A DNA stretch of 62,309 bases, taken from positions 1 through 62,309 of IMG/VR virus record IMGVR_UViG_3300022929_000020; one strand, written 5' to 3'. Positions within the stretch are counted from its first letter, which is position 1; each line of letters begins with the position of its first letter. The stretch is from a virus. Lineage: Duplodnaviria > Caudoviricetes. The position numbers and the translations under genes are program-made. Under the pieces are notes generated by a model, which was not told the origin of the DNA, did no database searches, and saw only the letters and a program-made list of their open reading frames with translations. Of the stretch, positions 57,017 through 62,309 are shown piece after piece.

Positions 57017-57469
57017 TTATTTCTTAGATATTGATTTGAATTTTTCCGCACCACGAGAACCGAAGTACGCTACGTATACAGTAACTAGTAATGTTTCTAG
57101 TAACATAACCCAACTATGTTTAACCTCAAAGTTTAAACCAGTGCTATCTACTATTATCATTAACGTAGTTGCTATCGTTAAGAATATAAGGGCAAGTGGT
57201 CTAGTGTTTTTAGACAGCCATGAATCAGAGCTCATATCACTGCTCCATCTTTTAGTAACCTCTTGCATTTCAATAGTCTCTTGATTGAGTAATGCCATTG
57301 CAGTTTCTTTGTCCTGCGGTAGCATCTTCTCATCTTTGTCTATTAGGTTTTTGATTATGCCTAATACACCTTTATCAGGCAAGACATCTCCAACCTGATC
57401 TAATATGCCTGGTGCTTTCTCTTTCAAGAACTTACCGACTTTGGTATCTTTAAATTTTTTATTACTCAT
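57017..57469 (-). CDS. Holin (GTA-type 3TM family-like)
   Basis: RW.SD..SDSWLSKN.RP, TMs, YFGSRG.EK. Confidence 0.75.
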   Translation of the reverse strand: MSNKKFKDTKVGKFLKEKAPGILDQVGDVLPDKGVLGIIKNLIDKDEKMLPQDKETAMALLNQETIEMQEVTKRWSSDMSSDSWLSKNTRPLALIFLTIATTLMIIVDSTGLNFEVKHSWVMLLETLLVTVYVAYFGSRGAEKFKSISKK

Positions 57470-57633
57470 TTCTTTCTACACCCTTGCATATTAATAAACC
57501 AGTTTGCTAACTGGACATCACGCTTGGTTGCGCCATCACGTGACTTTAGCTTTTTAACTTTAGCACACGTGACGTCTCCTCCATATAGCTTATTAATCCT
57601 AGCCTTCAAGACGCCACGATATGCTTTAGCCAT
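57466..57633 (-). CDS. Small basic protein (55 aa)
   Basis: MAKAYRGVLKARINKLYGGDVTC...ANWFINMQGC. Confidence 0.7.
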   Translation of the reverse strand: MAKAYRGVLKARINKLYGGDVTCAKVKKLKSRDGATKRDVQLANWFINMQGCRKK

Positions 57634-57635
57634 AA

Positions 57636-58121
57636 TTATTTCTTTTTTCCGTACTTGTTTGGAAACTTCTTTTTGAATGCTTCTACAGCTTCCTTGGTAG
57701 GTCTAGATCCTAGCGCCTTTTTAGCAGCTGCTTTGTCGCTAGCGTATTTTCTTTTTTCAGCCGCGTTTGCGCCAAATTTTTTATTGTAAGTCTTTTTTGA
57801 TCTATCAGCAAACTGCTCTTTAGTTTCCGGTTTGCCTTTAGTAGCGATTACTCCACTACCCATGTTTCTTTCTTCGCTTAGTTTCTTAACAGATTCCCTA
57901 ACTTTAGCCGGATCTTTATCTCCAGTTTTTTTAATTACTTTTTTAACTGGATCACTTTCCATTTTCGGTTTTCCGTACATAGCTGGCATGTTCTTCATGT
58001 ACATCATAGCTTTGTCGCTAAAGTTCATAGGTGAGTTTCTTTCTTGAGAACCTATCTTGTACATGTTGGGTCCGCCGCCTGAGCAACCCATTTTCTTTGG
58101 TGATTTTTTTCCGTAAGGCAT
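57636..58121 (-). CDS. Lys-rich basic protein
   Basis: 161 aa, low complexity. Confidence 0.65.
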   Translation of the reverse strand: MPYGKKSPKKMGCSGGGPNMYKIGSQERNSPMNFSDKAMMYMKNMPAMYGKPKMESDPVKKVIKKTGDKDPAKVRESVKKLSEERNMGSGVIATKGKPETKEQFADRSKKTYNKKFGANAAEKRKYASDKAAAKKALGSRPTKEAVEAFKKKFPNKYGKKK

Positions 58122-58125
58122 AATT

Positions 58126-58566
58126 TTATCGTTTGTTATCTTTTATCATATCATCTACGGCCTTGTTGAATACTTTATCCGTATATGTTTTGTTTTTATA
58201 GAATACATTTCTTTCTCCGGTAGGTATATCCTCTTCGCCTAGTAGTATTCTGTATATTCTACTAATAAGCTGAGAACATTTAAACGACGTTTTGTATATT
58301 GTATACTTAATCGTTACCCTATTCCTATGTCTCCAAGGTTCTATCCATCCTTCGCTACGTAACCTATCCCACCTTGCTTTATCCCATGACATTATGTATT
58401 CTCCATCTTGGAACTCTTTTCTAGTAAAACGCCCAATACAATCAAGACTTATTAATAACTCTAGATCTGCATCAGTTAGTCCATAAGTTTTACAGGCCCA
58501 TTTACGCACGAGCCTGTAATACTTGAATAACTGAATATCCCTTAAATCGGAAGCGCTTAACCTCAT
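58126..58566 (-). CDS. Winged-helix-like DNA-binding protein (putative)
   Basis: YGLTDADLELL...RLRSEGWI MarR-like pattern. Confidence 0.5.
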   Translation of the reverse strand: MRLSASDLRDIQLFKYYRLVRKWACKTYGLTDADLELLISLDCIGRFTRKEFQDGEYIMSWDKARWDRLRSEGWIEPWRHRNRVTIKYTIYKTSFKCSQLISRIYRILLGEEDIPTGERNVFYKNKTYTDKVFNKAVDDMIKDNKR

Positions 58567-58820
58567 TCCAATATAACTATGTCACTATATTTAATCACAT
58601 AGTAATAATCATTATTAAACTCTATACCGTGACCTGCGTGTTTATCATACCATACCACATCACCTTCAGTAACATGCCCAGCATTCTCACCTGCACTCAC
58701 GATCTTACCTCTTAAATACCTAACGTCTTCATTTTGGCTTTCACTCAAGACAAAACCGCTAGTAGATTTAGGTTCTTCTTTTAACTTGTCGATGACTATG
58801 TAATAATTAACTGCTTTCAT
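58563..58820 (-). CDS. groES: Co-chaperonin GroES
   Basis: KSTSGFVL mobile loop, GKIVSAG, GDVVWY.K.AG. Confidence 0.88.
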   Translation of the reverse strand: MKAVNYYIVIDKLKEEPKSTSGFVLSESQNEDVRYLRGKIVSAGENAGHVTEGDVVWYDKHAGHGIEFNNDYYYVIKYSDIVILE

Positions 58821-60375
58821 TAGTCCTCATATTACTTATTACACAATCTGCTGAAATTATAGTGGAAACCACAGAAACAGCGTTTTTTAATGCAGACTTA
58901 GTAACGAGCACTGGATCTATAATACCAGCGCCTACCATATCTACGATCTCTCCAGTTACTACATTGATACCTTGTCCTTCATCTAGCTCTTTTACTACAT
59001 CAAGGTCAGCATTGCTTAATATAGTCATAAGCGGAGCTTTGATAGCATCTAGCAAAATCTTTTCACCTAAACCTTCAGGTTCAATAAATTCCGATGCGTT
59101 ATATAAAGCAACGCCACCACCAGGTACGATGCCTTCTTTTAGTGCAGCCTTGGTAGCATGAATAGCGTCTTCAACCCTGTCTTTCTTTTCTTTAAGTTCA
59201 ACCTTAGAGTCCGCACCAACGCGTACAACTCCTACGCTACCTGCTAGTATCGCTAATCTTTCCTCTAGCTTTTTCTTCATGAAAGGATTTTTATCCTCTC
59301 TAGCTATAAGATCTTTTACTTGTGCGATACGATCGTTTAAATCTTTATCAGCTTTATCTACAGTGAATACTGTATGCTTGCTATCAGTTACAACTTTCTT
59401 AGCTGTACCTAAAGCATTTGTATCAATTAAATCAAAGTCATCACCAAGCTCTTCTGAAATAACCTTAGCTCCAGTAATGATAGCCAAGTCTTCAATGGCA
59501 TCATCTTTAGTAGGGCCAAAACCTGGTAGATCAATAAAGTTTACTTTGATGTTTCCTTTTACTTTGTTAGTTAATAATGCTGCAGTAGGTTGTTGCTCTA
59601 GATCTCCTACTATTAATAAGGCTTTACCTTTTTTAATAACATACTCTAAGATATTTTGGATCTTACGAATGTTAGGTATCGGTGACTTACTGATTAAGAT
59701 ATATGGATCTTCTAGCTCGGCTACTCCTTTGTCCTTGTCTGTGATGAGGTAGTTTGATTTTAAGCCACAATCAATTTGAACACCGTCAACCACGTCAACG
59801 TATGTTTCATTGGTTGGTGACTCTTCCATCATTACTACACCATCAGTTCCTACTTGCAAGTAAGCCTCAGAAATAATTTTTCCAAGCTCACTATCGTTAT
59901 TACAACTAATAGCACTAACATGCTGAAGTAGTTCTTCTCCCACTTCAATAGTACTGTCCTCAAGGTATTTGTTGACTTTTTCCACGCCAGACTTAATACC
60001 TTCTTTAATTTCTCTAATACTTTTATTTTCATTATATTCATCTGACACTTTATTCAACAATGAGTGAGCAAGGACGGTAGCTGTAGTAGTACCGTCACCT
60101 GCTTCTCTCACAGTGTTGTTGGCTGCCTCTTTAATAAGTGTTGCACCTATGTTTTCAACCGGATCATATAAGACTACGCTTTCCGCAACGGTTACTCCAT
60201 CTTTTGTAATTACCGGTTTACCCATGGCGTCTTCATAAATAACACATTTACCAGAAGCGCCGAGTGTCGATTTCACTGCGTCAGTTAGCTTACTGACACC
60301 AGTCATGATTTTAGTTTTTGCCGCATCGCCAAAGTTTAAATCCTTGACAATTTGGCTTGGTTGATTATATTCCAT
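58807..60375 (-). CDS. groEL: Chaperonin GroEL
   Basis: [36 protein letters not shown]. Confidence 0.96.
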   Translation of the reverse strand: MEYNQPSQIVKDLNFGDAAKTKIMTGVSKLTDAVKSTLGASGKCVIYEDAMGKPVITKDGVTVAESVVLYDPVENIGATLIKEAANNTVREAGDGTTTATVLAHSLLNKVSDEYNENKSIREIKEGIKSGVEKVNKYLEDSTIEVGEELLQHVSAISCNNDSELGKIISEAYLQVGTDGVVMMEESPTNETYVDVVDGVQIDCGLKSNYLITDKDKGVAELEDPYILISKSPIPNIRKIQNILEYVIKKGKALLIVGDLEQQPTAALLTNKVKGNIKVNFIDLPGFGPTKDDAIEDLAIITGAKVISEELGDDFDLIDTNALGTAKKVVTDSKHTVFTVDKADKDLNDRIAQVKDLIAREDKNPFMKKKLEERLAILAGSVGVVRVGADSKVELKEKKDRVEDAIHATKAALKEGIVPGGGVALYNASEFIEPEGLGEKILLDAIKAPLMTILSNADLDVVKELDEGQGINVVTGEIVDMVGAGIIDPVLVTKSALKNAVSVVSTIISADCVISNMRTNESS

Positions 60376-60398
60376 TTAATTTAAATTTGATTGGTTGT

Positions 60399-60716
60399 TT
60401 ACTTGAATGTCTTAACTACTTTAGGTCCTTTTAGAAACTCGAGTTTCTTTTTGTAATGGTCGATACTTCCATCAATTGCAGCCTCAGCTGATTCAATCGT
60501 TTCGCGTCGTGTTACATCATGCCAATCGCCGCAGCATTCTCCATCTGGATCACACTCGCAGTCGATGCCTTTGTACTCGGTTTGAAAATACCCGTTAGGT
60601 AGTTGAACAATTCTCCAGTTCTTCTTTTCAGAAAGGTGTTTCCACGTTCTTACTAGGTCTTCTGTTGGTTGTGCCTGTTGAGGCATCGTGTTTGTTTTGT
60701 AATAATAGTACGTCAT
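60399..60716 (-). CDS. Hypothetical protein
   Basis: WRIVQLPNGYFQTE...WHDVTRRETI. Confidence 0.75.
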   Translation of the reverse strand: MTYYYYKTNTMPQQAQPTEDLVRTWKHLSEKKNWRIVQLPNGYFQTEYKGIDCECDPDGECCGDWHDVTRRETIESAEAAIDGSIDHYKKKLEFLKGPKVVKTFK

Positions 60717-60747
60717 TGGTTTATATATATTTGGTTATTGTTATTGT

Positions 60748-62133
60748 TTATGTAAAGTCAACTTCTCTGTAGATGATCTTTACTTTTAGATCACCATTAC
60801 CAGCCGTGACAGTAGCTCCACTTGTCGCGTGTAAAACTAATGCATCATTTGTCCTAATATCAACGTGCTCATTTGCCGCCTTTGTTATAGGGAAATGTCT
60901 AAATGCTATAGTCGAGCTATTTATAAAGCCTGCACCAACTAACACGAAGTAATCAGTGCTATTTGAACTAACTTCATTTTCGTGCCCTACGTATAGATCT
61001 TCGTTGAAGTTAAATGCTGTAGCTCCTGGATCCGATGCCATTGTTATAGACATTGGTATGATAGCCCTATTGTTGCCAGGCGCTGCGATCAAAGTATAAT
61101 CACCACCATTGTTCAATGCTAGCAAGTCTATAGAAGATACAGTTACAGATGCCTCTTTAATTTTACCTAATGTGCTAGAGAAAGATATCTCAGTTACGGT
61201 AGGATTACCAGTTAAATTACCCGTAACATTTCCAGTTACGTTACCAGTTACATTACCCGTAACGTCTCCAGTTACATTACCTGTTAAATTACCGGTCACA
61301 TCGCCTGTCAAATTACCTGTTATAGTTCCAGTTATCGTAGCGCTTCCACTTACCTGCAGCTTATTTCCATTATTTGTCGTGGTTCCTATTAATACATTAC
61401 CTCCGGCTGTGATACGCATTCTTTCGGTATTGTTAGTACCTAATATGAAGTTGCTATTTGAAAAAGAACCCAACAAGAATTGGCTGCCACCGTTGTACAT
61501 TAAAGAACCGCATCTAGCTAAAGATTGACCCAACTGTGTACCGGTAGCTCCAGATCCAAAGATTCTATATACCACATTGTCGTCTTGATTATTATACGCT
61601 ACCCAAGCCGCAGTACCATCTGCGTTAGTTGAATCAACTACACCGTACACGTTGGAAGCTTCGTTCGAAACAATCTCCAAATTATAAGAAGGAGAGCTAG
61701 TACCTATACCTACGTTATCAGTAAAGTTTTTAACTCCAGCGATGCTTTGTGCTCCGCTTGTTCGCACAACTGTTGTATCTACTGAAAACTCTGTAGATGT
61801 CAAATCTAAACCATCGCCAGCAGTATATGTCGTGTCAGTATCTGTCGATGCGATTGTTACTGTATCGGTGTTTGGATCCGTCGTGAGTGTTACATTACTA
61901 CCACCCGCCAATGTTAATGTATCAGCCTTAGCATCTGCTACTACACTACCTTGCCCGCTAACAGCAATAGTCTTAAAGCTCTGCAAGTCGTCGCTATCCA
62001 ATATGAAAGTCTTCAAGTCGTTTATCAAGTAGTTCTTAGTATGGTTCTTTGTACCAGCAGAACTATCAGAACCTAGCAACTTATCCGAGCCGTTAACTTC
62101 TGTGTCTGTAGTTATAGTATGTATCTTTGGCAT
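60748..62133 (-). CDS. Mosaic fibre/structural protein
   Basis: Shares modules with three other fibre genes; about 11 (G)(N/D)(V/L)T tetrapeptide repeats at ~61205-61330. Confidence 0.75.
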   Translation of the reverse strand: MPKIHTITTDTEVNGSDKLLGSDSSAGTKNHTKNYLINDLKTFILDSDDLQSFKTIAVSGQGSVVADAKADTLTLAGGSNVTLTTDPNTDTVTIASTDTDTTYTAGDGLDLTSTEFSVDTTVVRTSGAQSIAGVKNFTDNVGIGTSSPSYNLEIVSNEASNVYGVVDSTNADGTAAWVAYNNQDDNVVYRIFGSGATGTQLGQSLARCGSLMYNGGSQFLLGSFSNSNFILGTNNTERMRITAGGNVLIGTTTNNGNKLQVSGSATITGTITGNLTGDVTGNLTGNVTGDVTGNVTGNVTGNVTGNLTGNPTVTEISFSSTLGKIKEASVTVSSIDLLALNNGGDYTLIAAPGNNRAIIPMSITMASDPGATAFNFNEDLYVGHENEVSSNSTDYFVLVGAGFINSSTIAFRHFPITKAANEHVDIRTNDALVLHATSGATVTAGNGDLKVKIIYREVDFT

Positions 62134-62142
62134 CTTACGCTC

Positions 62143-62170
62143 TATAATTACACGTAGCGAAGTTAATTTA
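62143..62170 (-). promoter_or_regulatory. Candidate late promoter TAAAT-N12-GTGTAATTATA
   Basis: Same motif as 10773-10800; upstream of the first late gene. Confidence 0.5.
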
Positions 62171-62309
62171 AAAATAGTGACAATAGCCTATTACTAGGAT
62201 ATCTTTACAGGCTAATGTCACACTGCTTGATTATTTTGATTAGATGTATAGAAGTATTGTGTTGCCCCCACTTCTCCGTTCTTCGCTTGTATTTTAAAAA
62301 TAATATATA
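62166..62309. repeat. Terminal direct repeat, right copy
   Basis: Matches 1-144; implies a complete genome with unit length 62165 bp. Confidence 0.95.

Noticed and set aside
25558-62032. Numerous + strand ORFs in the late region (and - strand ORFs in the early region)
   Set aside because: They are antisense shadows of long, motif-bearing genes, with Ser/Leu/Phe-rich composition.

Overview
This window is an apparently complete ~62.2 kb lytic dsDNA phage genome. It has a 144-bp terminal direct repeat and no integrase. It is most likely a podovirus of an aquatic Bacteroidota host, based on AT-rich Shine-Dalgarno-less starts, a crAss-like portal/MCP/ring/stabilisation gene set and GNVGIGT-repeat fibres. 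The + strand (to ~20.0 kb) carries many small early genes, then dCMP deaminase, DNA ligase, an HTH protein plus sigma70-like factor, ERF/RecE-like recombination genes, SSB, primase-helicase, a T4-gp42-like dCMP hydroxymethylase, MazG-like proteins and class Ia RNR. No DNA polymerase is recognisable. The - strand (62.1 to 20.0 kb) carries GroEL/GroES, tail fibres, terminase, portal, MCP, tail and ejection proteins, a 2692-aa multi-enzyme protein, lysis genes, PhoH and a cluster of small basic proteins. Most unusual: (1) four intergenic anticodon-less tRNA/tmRNA-TLD mimics whose 3' CCA/CUA overlaps or abuts the next start codon; (2) an 11-copy early promoter-like motif with fixed spacing; (3) an inverted-repeat operator shared by the genome termini and the HTH-sigma operon; (4) a giant, probably ejected protein with zincin, PNK-like kinase and HAD phosphatase domains; (5) a likely cytosine-modification pathway. 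All family calls are from motif recognition, not database searches.
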